Below are positions 23,198 to 36,735 of a stretch of DNA of 64,000 nt, in pieces. The number at the start of each line of letters is the position of its first letter. Position 1 is the stretch's first letter. This stretch comes from Xylographa opegraphella (lineage: Eukaryota), in assembly GCA_022813865.1 (NCBI GenBank), contig JALDZX010000056.1, positions 62,001 to 126,000 on the forward strand, given 5' to 3'. The notes beneath the pieces are model-generated. The model made no database searches. It had not been told where the DNA came from and saw only the letters and a list, made by a program, of their open reading frames with translations. The position numbers and the translations under genes were made by a program.

Positions 23198-24844
23198 TTA
23201 GGTGCCATTTTGCGCCCGCTGACTGTCACACAATCGCATTCGAGTCTCAGCGATGTCGCAAGATCTCATATTCTTGTCCCTTGACTGCCTTCTGTTACCA
23301 TAGTACACTGCTATTCGCCAGCGCTGCGGTAATGCAAAGTAAACTTCCAGCACCTGTTTGCGATACTCCTTATAATCTACGACCTCTGCAGGATCGCAAG
23401 CTGGGAGCAAAACGACCTCTAGACCCTCCCCGGTCAACTTTTGTGTGTTCCAGAACCGACTATCACTAAGGTCATCTATAGCCTGGATATCATCCCTTCT
23501 TGTCAAGTAACTGCCTACTGCTTCTGTGTCAACGATAATATTCTTGGCCCCTAGGAACACCGTCATTTTCCAATTGGGGACTTCCTCTTTCCAGAGGATA
23601 TTTTCGATCGAGAAGAAATGCCTTGCGAGAGTGTGTGCCACGCCAATGTCGGTGCAAGCAAAGTAATAAAGCTCGTGTCAATTCGCTTCTCGTGGGATCC
23701 TTCTTGTGAAATTGTATGCTACTTCTGGTAGATGCAACAGCAAAGTCACCGGATCAAAATGTACCATGAGACCAATCCTTGGCGCAATCCTGAGGTTGTG
23801 AAACATATGTGATGAAATGATCGCCCCGTACGACTGAAATATGAGCACAAATCTTGTCCATCCATGGTGCGTGAGGATTGTGAGTATTTCATCGCACATC
23901 TCGTGCCTCTCTTGAAATATATGAGTAAGCCGGAAACTACCTTAATGGGCATGATTTCAAGGGCAAGAAGCCCTATAGTTCCGTCCTTGGACTCAGCGCA
24001 TAAGTCGAACATAAGTATTTATTACGACACCTATTCCATGGATCAAGATAACGAGAAGGCGTGAAGGTGAAGAGCGAGGACGATAGTAGTATTATAGATG
24101 CTTCGCGGGAGATTGATGTTTCGTAAACAGTGTCCAGACTCTGAACGGAAAAGAGGTAAACAAGTTCCGAAGCCCGAGTCGGTAGAATTGTAGGTACACG
24201 TGGGCAACAACAAAAATTCCGCCTACACCAGATCTACTGGTTGTGCATTTGCCATAGGTTCAGGCGGAGATCTTGGTAGATCGTCCGGATTTACTCACTA
24301 GATAGAAAATTAAAGGTCTATGGAAAGCCGTAAAGCCATCGAGAGTCAGTCGAAGCGAGGTAGCACGTCCATAACTAGGCGGAAGCCTTTTAGCAATCGC
24401 TTCCTCAACATTCGAAACGTTTTCTTCCAGCTCCTGGTCCTCGTCCCACCCAGTAATGTTTGTTCAGCAATGCCCAGCAATGCCCTTCCGTGACGTTTTC
24501 GCGCTTAACCCCAGAAGGCTTGTCATTAGATCAGATCACCAGAAATCGGCGCAGATCAGGCGTTGTTGACAGGCATTTGTGAAAGAATTCCTTTGATCCC
24601 CGCGATGTAACACTGGAGGATGAACAGCTTGACACGGAAGAAGATATCTTCTACGACGAAATACAAGTATATAACATGTTGTTTCAGCACTTGAGATAAT
24701 GTCGAGAGGAAGCAGAGCACGTGAGGCTGTGGGCCAGAAAAGTAACCGAATAGAGCAATACAAAATGCTTAAAGGGATAACCGCACGAAAGAGGGAATCA
24801 CCAGCGCGGACAAGAAAGTAGGCGGAACCACCCTACCCAATCAT
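23198..24844 (-). pseudogene. Pseudogene of a conserved fungal alpha/beta-hydrolase-fold membrane protein
   Basis: Collinear fragments MIG*..., IPLSILYC...AETTCYILV, ILIHGIG, IGLLALEIMPI, HGWTRFVLIFQSYG, FDPVTLLLHLPEVAYNF...AN*HELYYFA...HTLARHFF..ENILWKE, in different frames. Stops at 24833-24835 and 23678-23680. Confidence 0.85.
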
Positions 24845-25467
24845 CTCGCACGCTTTCGTGAGCAACTCGCGCCCCCAATCAGATGCTTTGGCTTCATTGA
24901 AGAGGTCATGACTGATTGCGAAGCAATCGTCCTGAAGCTAGCGGCGCCTGAAACAAACTATCTTGAGCGCTACAAGTACTCCACGCCCGAGAAAGAGGAA
25001 CTCCGTGGTTATACTTATGCTATTGAAAAAGATTGTAATAATGATAAACGATAATACGAAGCATCTTTGGGTAGAAGCGATATTGACCTTGATTTTCTGC
25101 TGGATCTTCAGCAGGAGTGCTATTTACACCAGAGTGCGATGGAAATCGGCACGAATGAATCTATATCATCCTCTCCGTCATCTGAAGCGTTTTGGTTTTC
25201 CATCACTGCAAGCGATCTCTCAGCCAAGCTGTCATTTCTCTCTTTTATTGGTAGCCCGTAGAAAATTCAAGATTGAATCTACCTAGATCCAGGATGATAA
25301 GTAATAGGCCCGCCATCCACATTGGCACTGAACGAAGTCACACTTCCCCAGCCACATAGGCCTCAGGCATCGCTGTCGCTAGACCGAGAGAATGCAGCAC
25401 CTTGGTATCTTGCGAAAAGACAACTTGGCATTTATCTCCCGTCAAATGCCTGTAACCCCCCTGAATC

Positions 25468-27533
25468 CTACCGTGCAATACGGTATTTCCCCTGCCGCTG
25501 CTCCATCATCAAACTCTCCTGCTGGCTTGGCAGTGGTGCCCGTTTTCTTATACTACTGGCTCCCCCGCCATCATTGGCCATTACCTGCAAGCCTGACCCA
25601 TTGATATTCGGTGGTTGTAGTGGAGGAAACCCTGGAGGCAGTTGAAAGCCTGGAGGAAGCATACCTGGTGGCAGTTTTGAAAAATCAAAGTTTGGCGGCG
25701 GCGGAGGAATTCCCTGTCCAGGGCTGCCAAAAGGTAGCGGAACAGGCAGCTTGCCCTCTGCCATCAGCGCTGCAAATTCGCTCGGGTCCATGTTTGCAAT
25801 ACTATTTGGAGAGGCTGAGCCGGCAGGAAAACCAAGCATACCAGGCAATTGAGATTGCTGGCGGATCTGGGCCCCTCCGGTGCTGGTACCGTCTCTGGTT
25901 ATATTAGGGGTGGCTGTTAGGCCAGGAAGGCCGGGTAAGATGGGCTGTTTTGCTGGCATCTTCTGGTCGACTAGCCCTTCTACTTCATCTTCGAGCTCCT
26001 GCTCCTCCTCTTCCCGCATAGAGCGCCGGGCTCCGCGACGGTCCCAGGTTCCTTGAGCCTCGGCTGCGGCCTTACCCACGTGCCATTCGTCGCTGGAGTA
26101 TTTGGTATCGCCTGGCCGCGGGCGTGTCCAGAAGTGGGTCGCTCTGTCATTGGAACCGGAAGCGAGGATGTGGCCAAGTGGATGCCAGCTGAGGGACCAG
26201 ACAGCAAATTCATGAGCGTATTGAATTCGATGAGCGGGATGAATAGTTTGTGCAGGAGCGTTGCTGGGATCGGGGTGATCGTAGACAGGCATAGATGTGA
26301 TGACATCAGGAGGAGAGTTCGGCTCGTCCAGTAAATAGTGGAAGATGCTACCATCAGAGCCACCGGTCGTGAGGAGTGAAGTGTGAAATGGGTGCCAGGT
26401 TAAGGTTGAGATATCTTTTTCGTGACCGCGAAGAAGACACACGTCACGCATCATGCGAAGGTCGAACACTCTTGCTGTTTGATCCCGAGCGCAGGTCGCA
26501 AGTAATTGACCCCTTGTAGGTTCGAAGGAGGTTCTTGCTACGGTATTTTTGTGCCCGTGAAGTGATGTCAAGCATCTACCGGTCCTCGGATCCCAAAGTT
26601 TGACCTGATGATCTTTGGACCCAGACACTATAAGGCCCCTTGTAGGATGCCAGTCCACTGACTTTGCGTCCCAGTTGTGACCGGTAAGGGTAGATTCTTC
26701 GGTTCCAGCTGCGAAATCGAAGATTTTGAGAGTGGCATCATCACAAGCAGTGATAAACTTGGCATCATTTGGAGAGAATGCTATATCGCGAATTGGATCG
26801 CTATGTGCTTGTATAGCCTTAACGTTGTTGAAGTTCGGCTGCCAATACTTTACCACACCGTCTTGGTCAGCCGAGATCAGCCAATCCTCACTGTGAGAAT
26901 ATGCTGCTGCTCTAATCGCACTGTCATGAGCCTGTACGCAGATGAGCTACCGGGGTGAATTTGATACCTGGGCTTCTGCACTGACTTGCATGATTGTCTC
27001 GAAGTTGAAGGCCATCCCATTCCAAAGAGTGAATTCCCCACTGCTGGAACCCGTCAAGCAACGTCGACCCTCTGGAGTCCATCGTACTATATTGATCGGA
27101 TGTCTATTTTTGTTCCAGGACTGATGAATGTGCTTCGCCGGTATGGTATCCACTGCCTTGTCGAGCCTTGCTGCTGGGGGAAGCATCTATTCACAATATC
27201 GAGCATCAGATGGTGGATACTTCAAGAGGGCACATATTGATTTGCATTCAATGGCCTACGTCAACTACATAGCTTGCACTGGGCCTTTCTGCCTCCAGTA
27301 TAAACCCGCCCTTGTATCGTGGCCGCCGGTTTCGCATCCACTGCACCATTGTGGATCCATAGTCAGTAACCGGCCCTACTACCTGTCAGTCTTCTCTATC
27401 TCCCACAACAGGGTGAATGCTCTGTTGCATCAGCTCAGTCCTTGAACGTACTGCGTCCTACTATTCTTCGGTGACCACCATCATACCCGCTCCCTCCAGC
27501 GTATGTGGAATGGTAATCTCGATCACGATCCAT
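25468..27533 (-). CDS. PFS2: Polyadenylation factor subunit 2 (WDR33 orthologue, WD40 repeats), 4 exons
   Basis: [65 protein letters not shown]; Pro/Gly-rich tail. Confidence 0.96.
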
Positions 27534-27957
27534 GGCGCACCGCTACATGCATATTTTGCTAGTCGCAAGTGAAGATTCCAAAGTCATGACGACTAATAAA
27601 GTTTGAGGTTGCACGTAACACACGGATCACGATGCATTCCTCAAGGTAGTCTATATTAGACGGAAGCATTGATTATGGTACGATGTTATCTGCGCGTGCA
27701 TTGCTAGACGCCAGGCCGCGGCAACTATCGTATACAAGCGCGCTCGCTACGGACTGGTTGTTCCTGCCTTGGCATCCCCAACGAATGAATGAATCTTGCG
27801 ACATGCTAGCTTCTTCATCATGATTTGTTTTCTATGTGTGTTTGTGAGCTAAGATGCTTGAGTTGATGGTCTGCAGCATGTTTTCTTGGTTATAGTTCTC
27901 ATTTGTCTCCGTCGTGCCGGAATTTCGCACTGCCCTTTGAGCTTCGGTGCACTTCAA

Positions 27958-29594
27958 ATGGCCAATTACAATGGTTCCACCGGCCACTCTTTCCGGCGAT
28001 ATGAAAACATAGTGCCCAAATCTGAACTCATACATGGTGAGCAGACCGAGAACACCGGATCTGGTACTCTACAGGCTCCTCGAAAAGTAGCATTAGTCAA
28101 GTACCGTCATGTCGCTGCCGTGCATTCGAAACCACGGGCTTCTTGTCTCAGCCAAGATTCCAAGACTTCTCCTAGCTTACTTGGATTTAGAAACCTGATG
28201 GTGATTGTTCTTGGTGCGTTATCCTTCGCATGCAATACTTCCGCTACACAGCTGTTCACTAGCTGATCAGGGGCCTGTCCTCAGTGGTAATGAATATGCG
28301 CCTTATCGTGGAAAACTTCATCAAATATGGCGTTTTGATATGTATCCACTGCCATGACTATCGGCGTCAGGACGTCCTGCTGGCCACGATACTTTATGCG
28401 TTGGTACCATGTCATCTATTTGTTGCCTATATCATCGAGATTGCAGCAAAGGCTCATGCCAAGGGTGTCATAGGCCGACGGAAGAAGAGCGATGCAGGTG
28501 CCGTGCAATCGAAACGTGGCTCGGAAGCGCAAGTTTACGACTCTATATGGCGGAATGTGGCGCTTGCTCATGGTATAAATGCTACACTATGCCTTCTCGT
28601 GACGAGCATAGTGGTGTATTTCTATATCCATCACCCTCTGATCGGAACTACGTGCCAAGTACATGCTATAATTGTCTGGCTGAAGATTTGCTCATATGCC
28701 TTCACAAACCGGGACTTACGACATGCGATGCTGCATCCGATTACAGCCTCTGCTATGCCAGATGTATATTCTGCATGTCCATACCCTGACAACATCAGTC
28801 TCAAAAATCTTTCTTATTTCTGGTGGGCTCCAACACTGGTTTACCAGCCAGCCTACCCAAGATCGACAGACATTCGCTGGCTCTTTGTTTTCAAACGTTT
28901 GGCAGAGGTGGCCGTTCTTAGCGTCTTCATCTGGCTCGCTTCTGCTCAGTATGCCGCTCCCCTCTTACGCAATTCGCTGAATAAAATGGCGTCACTGGAC
29001 ATTGCTGCAATATTCGAACGCCTTATGAAACTTTCCACGATTTCCTTGGTGATTTGGCTCGCGGGCTTCTTCGCGATATTTCAGTCTCTGCTCAATGCTC
29101 TAGCCGAGATCATGAGGTTCGGAGACCGGGAATTTTATACAGATTGGTGGAACAGTCCCAGCGTCGGTACCTACTGGCGTACTTGGAACAAGCCAGTTTA
29201 CCATTTCATGAGACGACATGTGTACTCACCTCTTGTTGGGCGTGGATGGAGCTCCCAGATGGCAAGCGCAATGGTTTTCGTATTTTCTGGATTTCTTCAT
29301 GAGGTTTTGGTAGGGATACCAACGCACAACATACTGGGTAAGTGAATGGTGGTCCTCCTGCGCCTGGTTCTGACCGAGTGCGACTTAGGTGTTGCTTTCC
29401 TGGGAATGGTCGTGCAGATACCGCTCATCGCCGGCACACTACCTCTGGAAAGGATGCAGGGAATCCACGGAAAGATCGTGGGTAATTGTATCTTCTGGAT
29501 CAGCTTTTGCTTGGTCGGTCAACCACTGGCTGCGCTATTGTATTTTTTCGCTTGGCAGGCCAAATATGGCAGTGTCAGTCGGACGCAAAAGTGA
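27958..29594 (+). CDS. DGAT1: Diacylglycerol O-acyltransferase 1 (MBOAT family), 3 exons
   Basis: YRHVAAVHS...LS.D..PSLLGFRNL; APTLVYQPAYPR; FGDREFYTDWWNS; WNKPVYHFMRRHVY; catalytic His in SGFLHE. Confidence 0.94.
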
Positions 29595-29793
29595 AGCATG
29601 AGCACAGCCACGCGTAATTTCCAGCATAGATTGCAATTTTCTTTTATCCATAAAGCATGCCAAGACCGAGCTTTTCGAATACCTGCACTAGTTGTTCTCC
29701 TCCCGCCCAACAAATGATACCAGTTGCCGGAACAATGGCTTCATAATATCAGGATGTATACCGCGGTCTCGCGGCGCATAGCTGTGCATATTT

Positions 29794-30671
29794 TCACCAA
29801 TCCATTCTGGGCCGCCCGTGGCCTGTCCCATCGTACTTTTCATTCCACTCTACCGCATATCCAAGATCCCTCTCCGTGCGCTCAGTGAGCTTCCAAGCAC
29901 ATGTCTGAAAGGACCTGCCATGTCCACCATCAAGGCCTCTCATTTCTTCATCTGCGTCGTGGCCGCTCCCACAATAAACAAATAAAAAAGCTTTTAGGAC
30001 GTGTTAGCGGAAGCGTGTTTGTCAGAGGCGTAACCTGCACGACCATGCTTATGTAGTGTTCTGAACTTACCATGCACCATCTCATGAAGCAAAGTTGCGA
30101 ACGTCTCTCGTTTACGGGATTGGTTTCGAAGGGTCCCGAGAAAAATCAATTCTGCATTCAAGATGATCCTTGCACATGGTACAACAGTCCCAGTTCTCTC
30201 AGGTATCGTAACGCCAAAGGTGCCATGGTAAACGGGCCCGAGCATTCTACGGAGCTCTCTTGAACTCCCTTTCCATCTAAGTCTTACCCTTCCAGACAAC
30301 TGTCCGAAGAAATATGCCCTGTCGAGATCGGCGAAGCACTTGATCGCAAGATCAGGCGTCCACCTTTTCTTGTTCCACTCGGTTTTCAGTCTCTCAATAG
30401 CGGTCCGCTGGGACTCGGAAGGGGGTCTCTTAAGTCTGTCTACGTAATCTGTGACCGCCTGCCGGATGTCCATACGTCGAAATTTTTTCTGCCAAATCTT
30501 GTGCCACTTGGGTTCGTGTGCATGATCAAGGGATCTCAATTCATTTTGGGTGCACCCGGGGTAAGGCGTACCTTCGTGGATGCTTGGTGGTATCTTTGTC
30601 GCTTCGTAATGTTGTCTGTTGAGCCTTGAATCCGTATCTCGCGGTGGAAAAGTCCTGTCCAACACCGGCAT
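29794..30671 (-). CDS. SprT-like zinc metalloprotease domain protein
   Basis: FADLDRAYFFGQL...RW, TLLHEMVH (HExxH), then after intron 30070-29991 AFLFVYC...GGHGRSF (probable third His ligand). Confidence 0.8.
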
Positions 30672-31216
30672 ATTAGCAAGACCGAGGACGTTAGTCTACC
30701 TGCTTATACACCAATCTATGTACGGCCGCTTTGTGCCGAGTAAGGGTTGACTGCGATACTCGGCGAACAGCGGGTTTCGAGATACCGACAAAGTTTTGGG
30801 GATGGATAAATGGAAATGAGATGACCAGTGACGATAAAGACTAAACGTCTCCGCAGATGATACCCATAGCGTGTGTGCATAACAGAGTCATGCTATTACT
30901 CATGTTTGATGGTGGTATACACGATACACGTGGGGGCATCGTCCTGACGCTTGAAAAGACCTCCAGGAATAATATCAACGGTGTATTACCACGAAGACAA
31001 ACCAAGATATATTATTGAAATAATGATATACAAGACTAGGGAACCTACCCTTATTCAAGGGCCGTTGTGCTCATTGGAATCCATACCTATACAAAGAGCC
31101 GAGTTGTCTCGTCACTTTACCTGCCAATGCTTATGCACCAACAGATTTTTACAAAACCAGCCCGACATCACACAGGGTACGTATAAAGATTATCCCAATT
31201 TTGATACCTGATTCCC

Positions 31217-31576
31217 TTAGAAGGTCCCTAAAGCACCTGCTCGGGTTGGATGCTCTCTTTGTATCCGTTGCACACCTTGATTCCATGCGCGGCTGACAAT
31301 GTTCCGGGTATCTATGTACTTCTCCATACACATTGATATGCACCCTTCCTCTTTTCTCGATAACGAAGTGCCCGGTGAAGGAACGCATTTCTCGAAGCAG
31401 AGATCGTTCATTTTCTAGAAGCAAGACGGAGTTAGATTTCAGGAGCATATAGACGGAGAGTGTCATATTACATCGATCAGTCTCCGAGCCTGATCTATAG
31501 CAGCTTCCTGCTTTATTTGCTCCATTACTGCATCCTTCGGGGAGGCTGTTGAGCCGTAGTTCATTATGGTAGACAT
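31217..31576 (-). CDS. TIM13: Mitochondrial intermembrane-space chaperone Tim13
   Basis: QIKQEAAIDQARRLID|KMNDLCFEKCV...EEGCISMCMEKY, a twin Cx3C motif. Confidence 0.9.
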
Positions 31577-31942
31577 GGTGTAAACAGATATGGCTCCGCT
31601 GCAGACTTTTGTGGTTGGAAGCTGTAGAGATCTATTTGAAATCGTATGTGATGTTTTCCGAAGGATCTTGACTTGTGAAGCACACTGCCAAAGCTGTAAA
31701 CTCTTGACGTCGGCCCAAAATTTCCTAGTTGACTTCGCCGCCAAGTCGAGAACCCCTACGGAGGCTTTTCGGACCGGCCCTTCCCCGGATTGCCTTTAGT
31801 TAGAGGCCACGAGATCTATGCGTTGCACCTATCACCACCTTAAGTTAGGACGGGTTTTTGTTTCTCGGTCCGGGCTGGCCTTGCCGGTGATAAGCCACAG
31901 CGATAACCTTTCCAACGGGTTTAGAGGTGTTTCTGTGGCAGA

Positions 31943-33208
31943 ATGTATATATCATGGCGGGCTGCAATGGGATTGCTGTTAGGCAGCTTAGGCATAGTTG
32001 CAGCGGCTACAGAGCCGAATATTAAGAGTATACCTGTGTGTATAGCTACACTTTGAAGATGCTACGGTTGCTGATGGGTGATGTAGCTGCGAACACATAG
32101 CTTAACGCCAGTCAGTGCCTTCCAGCCCGAATATTGACGAGAGGCGGAATGCATGTGAATATGAGTCCTACTGACGGAGACAAAAAAGCCGTACCTAGAT
32201 ACCGATATGCAGAGTCGATGGTTCGAGTTTGGAGGAGATACGATAGTGCGAGCGGACAAGTAAGAGCCGGCCTCCCTATTTGGTTCGGGGCCGTAGATGA
32301 ACCTTCTATGTAGGTATATACGACTGGCCTCAGACTTGCAATCTCGAACAGGCTGGATCTTTTCGAAAGTTCCCTTGACGGCAACCAATTGGGAGGTCAG
32401 TTCATCTGCCAGGACTTTCTTCGGCGGTCAAAGAGCTTAACCCCTGATAGATAGAATTCGAATTTAAGATACACGGCAGAGGCAACCTTCACGGTGATGG
32501 AATGGCACTGTGGATTACCAAGCAGAGAGCGACCGGGGGGCCTATCTTTGGTTCTGTGGACAAATTCGAAGGTCTCGGAATTTTTTTTGACACATACAAA
32601 AACAACCGGCCCGGGGTTACATTCCCATATGTGATGGCCATGGTAGGAGATGGCCAGACGTCATACGACAAGAATACGGATGGCAAGGACCAAGAACTTG
32701 CAGGCTGTTCGGTGCGACCCCAATGCTCAATTTCATCACTCTCAACACATCTTACTTGCGCAGCCACAACTAACACCCCTAGGCCCGAGGTATCCGTGGT
32801 GCCGCCATCCCCACCAAAGCCCGCCTCACTTACTTCCAAGACCAATCCCTCAAGCTGGAGCTGCGCTATAAGTCCGAAGACGAATGGACACTTTGCTTCG
32901 AAACTGGCGCAATCGCCATTCCATCAGTGGCCTACCTTGGCTTCAGCGCTGAGACGGGTGAGCTTAGTGACAACTTTGACATCATCTCCGTAGAGACGAA
33001 GAACATGTATGCCACTGTGGCGTCGTCGGAGGTCAAGGCGGATGCAAGCAGCAGTGGGAAGAGCAAGGGGCGGCCAAAGGCGCGAAGAGCGGGAGGAGGC
33101 TGGGGTTGGTTTTTCGTCAAGATTGTGTTGGCGGGAGTCGTCATAGGAGGGGGGTATGTGGGCTGGACAATGTATAAGACTAGTAAGCGGCATTCGAGGT
33201 TTGATTAG
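31943..33208 (+). CDS. L-type lectin cargo receptor (VIP36/EMP47/LMAN family), multi-exon
   Basis: Signal peptide; WFEFGGDTIVR; IEFEFKIHG...LHGDGMALW; GLGIFFDTYKN; YLGFSAETGELSDNFDII; C-terminal TM and short basic tail. Confidence 0.92.
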
Positions 33209-34190
33209 TAGGTATTAGGTAAATCTCATATCGTTGTTGTTTGGGAATGTTCGTGTATGTGGCGTCGTGTGAGTGCTATTCCTCGGCAATCATGCAAAGA
33301 TAAACCACACGGCAATCACATTTTGTAAAAGCCCTTTGGGGAGCTGCGGCGGCCCGTCCCTTGAGTTTCCATCTCTCCGCGCACAGCCTCAAGTAGGCAT
33401 TTGAAAATTAAGCCTCACCTATTATGTATCGATCAGTTAGCTTAATGGTATGGCATCCCGGTGGGTGTCAAACGACTTGATTCGGGTCCCAAAGACGAGT
33501 GGCTTTACATCCATGCGGAGTCGTTCGTTGGCAAATCAGCAAAGACCATTATGCTGGTCGTCCTGACAATGCAAAATCTACTCGAGGTACTTGCGTAGGG
33601 TACCACTGGGTCTTGAAGTCTTCCAGTTTCGGGAAGTAGAGCTGAAATGGGATCATTGATGATGTTTTCCCTGAAGGCTTTTTGATAGGGGCTGAAGCGG
33701 AAAAAGGGGCGCCGAGGACCTTTGGGCAACGCTTGGCAGGTACCCTTTTCACTTACAACACTGACCTGTAAGATGATTGCGCATGATGGAGTCTACATTA
33801 GGAAAGGGTAGACAGTATGTTCACGACGGAGGCAGATATAGGGGCAATTGGGCAGGCACCTTCAACATTTACGGATATTGAAACAGACTCGTTTTGCATA
33901 TACTGCGTTTCTGTACTTGTACTTCTCGAGCTTTTCTTTCGACGTAGCTTCTGAACAACTTCTTTATGATATGACCAGCCATTCGACATCCAATGTCACT
34001 GGCCTCACTCCTTGCATTCGTTCCTGGTCCTTCTTTCTACTCAGGCCGAGCTATTGAACGTTTCATTCAACTGAGAGGAATCCGAAGCCTGCTTGATCGT
34101 CTCGTTTTGCCAGCCTCACGGCGGCAACTGAAGTTATAGTGAATTCACTCATCCCCGCTCCGGTGCCAACAATGCTTTGGGCATTGCGAT

Positions 34191-35201
34191 CTACTTAGCC
34201 TCGCTCTTCTCGGATTCGTCAGCGACAGCAGCCATGGACACCTCCGCACCAACGTGTGCATCAGTAGATTCATCTTTAGTATCGCCAATGTTTTGGTGCG
34301 GGTCCATTCTTGTAACAACCTTGCGAATCATCTTTGCAGGGTTGCCGGCCACAACAGTAAAGGCGGCCACATCCTAGAGAATCCCACGTCAGAAAGCTTC
34401 TCAGTCATTGATCTACCGATAAAGAGAGACACACCTTGGCAACGACACTTCCAGCTCCAACAGTTGCTCCCCTTCCAATTCGTACGCCCGGCAGGATCAC
34501 CGCATTTCCGCCGATCCAACAGTCTTCCTCAATATGAATCTCCTTTCCCATCTCTGGACCCAAAGTGCCATTTCGAATTGCAGGGTCTATCGGGTGAGTG
34601 CCTGAGAATATCGAGACATTCGGTCCAAGAAGCGTCCGAGCGCCAATTGTGACTTGGCAAGTATCTATAATTACACAGTTGAAGTTTATATAAACATCTG
34701 AACCCAGTGAAACGTTCGTCCCATAGTCGATATGGATCGGAGGCTCTATCCAAGGCTCGTCTTCGAATTGAGCTTCATCAAGAGTTTGGTCTGCATATTC
34801 TGGGGGCATTGGTGTTGTATCTCCAAGTATGCTGTCAATTCGCATAATCGTCAGTATAATCAAAATTCAACGCAACGGCCAACTTGACTTATGACAACAG
34901 ATCTAAAAGCGTATCGAAGCATGTTGACAACATACTCTCTCCATAACTCAATTAACCGTCTTCTGTTCACCGCACCTGCTGTGTTAAAACGATGACACGC
35001 ATGTGAGCAGCGGGTTCTCTCCCGCATAAGCTCTGGGGTGAAAGAATAGTAGAGCTCTCCATTCAGTGCCTTTTGCTTGTTTTCTGACATATTCTCTGCT
35101 CTCCTTCGTAGACCTTCCTCCTTGACACCCATACTTGATCCCCGAGCGTCTAAGTCTGCCGATACATGCTCGGAAACATTCTCGGAAGTTTTCTCAGCCA
35201 T
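34191..35201 (-). CDS. Maltose/galactoside O-acetyltransferase family (Mac domain plus hexapeptide repeats)
   Basis: ENKQKALNGELY; EPPIHIDYGTNV; NFNCVIID; TLLGPNV; CWIGGNAVILPGVRIG.GATVGAGSVVAK|DV...VAGNPAK. Two introns. Confidence 0.92.
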
Positions 35202-35754
35202 AAAGCCTGTAGAGTCAGAAGGAAATGTGCAGTATTGAATGAACCACCACAACTTTGACACTTAGCCTAAGATGGCTGTGAGCCACAGTCGCGATTGAGA
35301 TTGACAGCGCTGACGATTATGCTTCTTTGTCATGAAAAGAATACCAAGATGAATCTGAGAAGGCGGATCAGTTCCAAAACCGTGCCCGTTCACATGCTCC
35401 TTCAATCTCACATCGAGGTGGTAGCATGAGTGCCGAGGAATGAATACAACTTAAGGTAAGGTAGCGAGAGTAAGGTAGGTATGTCCCTCCGCAGTATGAC
35501 GTATGAAGTTAGACTAGCGTGAGCAGCCGCCTGCAGTGGAGCCGCACGTCAGAAGTGCGTTTACTTCGGATGAGGCTGGATACCCAAAGCGGTCTGGGAG
35601 CCGGAACAACACCGTGGAAGTAACTTCTTGATTCATTATTGTCCGACAAACAAAGCTACGCTCGCCGCCTTCTACATCATCCTTTTTCTCCGTCTCCAGC
35701 CTGACCTGAGCTTCTCTCTGACCCGCGGCGTCTCAATCACACTTCGCTTTCCGC

Positions 35755-36735
35755 ATGGCCAACAACGACCCCCCCTTTTCCTGGCCCCTTCACCGACCTG
35801 TCCTACGTACCCCATGGTCCCCAGACTTCCACGCCAATGGCCACGCTCATACCGCTCTTTCTCTGTCAGCCCACCCTCCAGCCGCTCCTCCTTCACCAGA
35901 CACTATCCTCCAAACCACTCTCCCAAAAGGCCCGAGGTCCCTCGCAGGTATCGCGCTGCGCGCTGGCCTCCTCGGCGCAACCTTCAGCTCAACACTCATA
36001 TACACTACCTACCTACTCAACAAGTCTTCTCACTTCTGGCGGGTTCCTTTCTTCCTTGCTGCCCTCTCGCTCTTCCACTTCCTCGAGTTCTGGTGCACGG
36101 CGCAGTACAATCCTCTGAAAGCGGACATTGCGTCCTTCTTGCTTTCAACCAACGGGTGGGCATATACTATGGCGCACACTTGTGCGGTGCTGGAATGTCT
36201 GTTCTGGTACACTTTCTTTCCGAATTTACGAATTCCTCGTCTGCCGGAATCCTGGCACTACCCCCTTTTGGGGCTTGGATTGGCGATGGTGGTAATTGGG
36301 CAGGTAATACGCTCGGCGGCGATGGTGGTTGCAGGCACGAACTTCAATCACACGGTACAGTTCACACGGGTGGCGGAACATAAACTGGTGACAAATGGGG
36401 TGTTTGCATATTTCAGGCATCCGAGCTACTTTGGGTTCTTTTGGTGGGGACTGGCAACGCAGATGGTACTGGGGAATATTTTGAGCTTCTTCATGTACGC
36501 AGTGGTGTTGTGGTTGTTCTTCCGAGCTAGAATAGAAAGTGAGTTCCTCGGAATTTTTGGGGGACCTACAATTAATTTCAGTTCTACGGAGAGCTGACTT
36601 AAGGTGATGTGATTAGGAGAAGAGGAGTTGCTAGTGAAGTTCTTTGGGCAGGAATACGAGGACTACCGAGCCCGAACATGGATCTGGATACCATTGGTTA
36701 CATGGTATCCTTTCGGAAGACGTAAAGTGTGTTAG
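35755..36735 (+). CDS. STE14: Protein-S-isoprenylcysteine O-methyltransferase
   Basis: FHFLEF; GTNFNHTV...HKLVTNGVFAYFRHPSYFGFFWW; RIE|REEELLVKFFGQEYEDYR. One intron. Confidence 0.95.

Noticed and set aside
24963..25286. Short + strand ORFs between the hydrolase pseudogene and PFS2
   Set aside because: Non-ATG starts and no family signal.
33505..34057. Short ORFs between the lectin and acetyltransferase genes
   Set aside because: No motif and no convincing gene structure.
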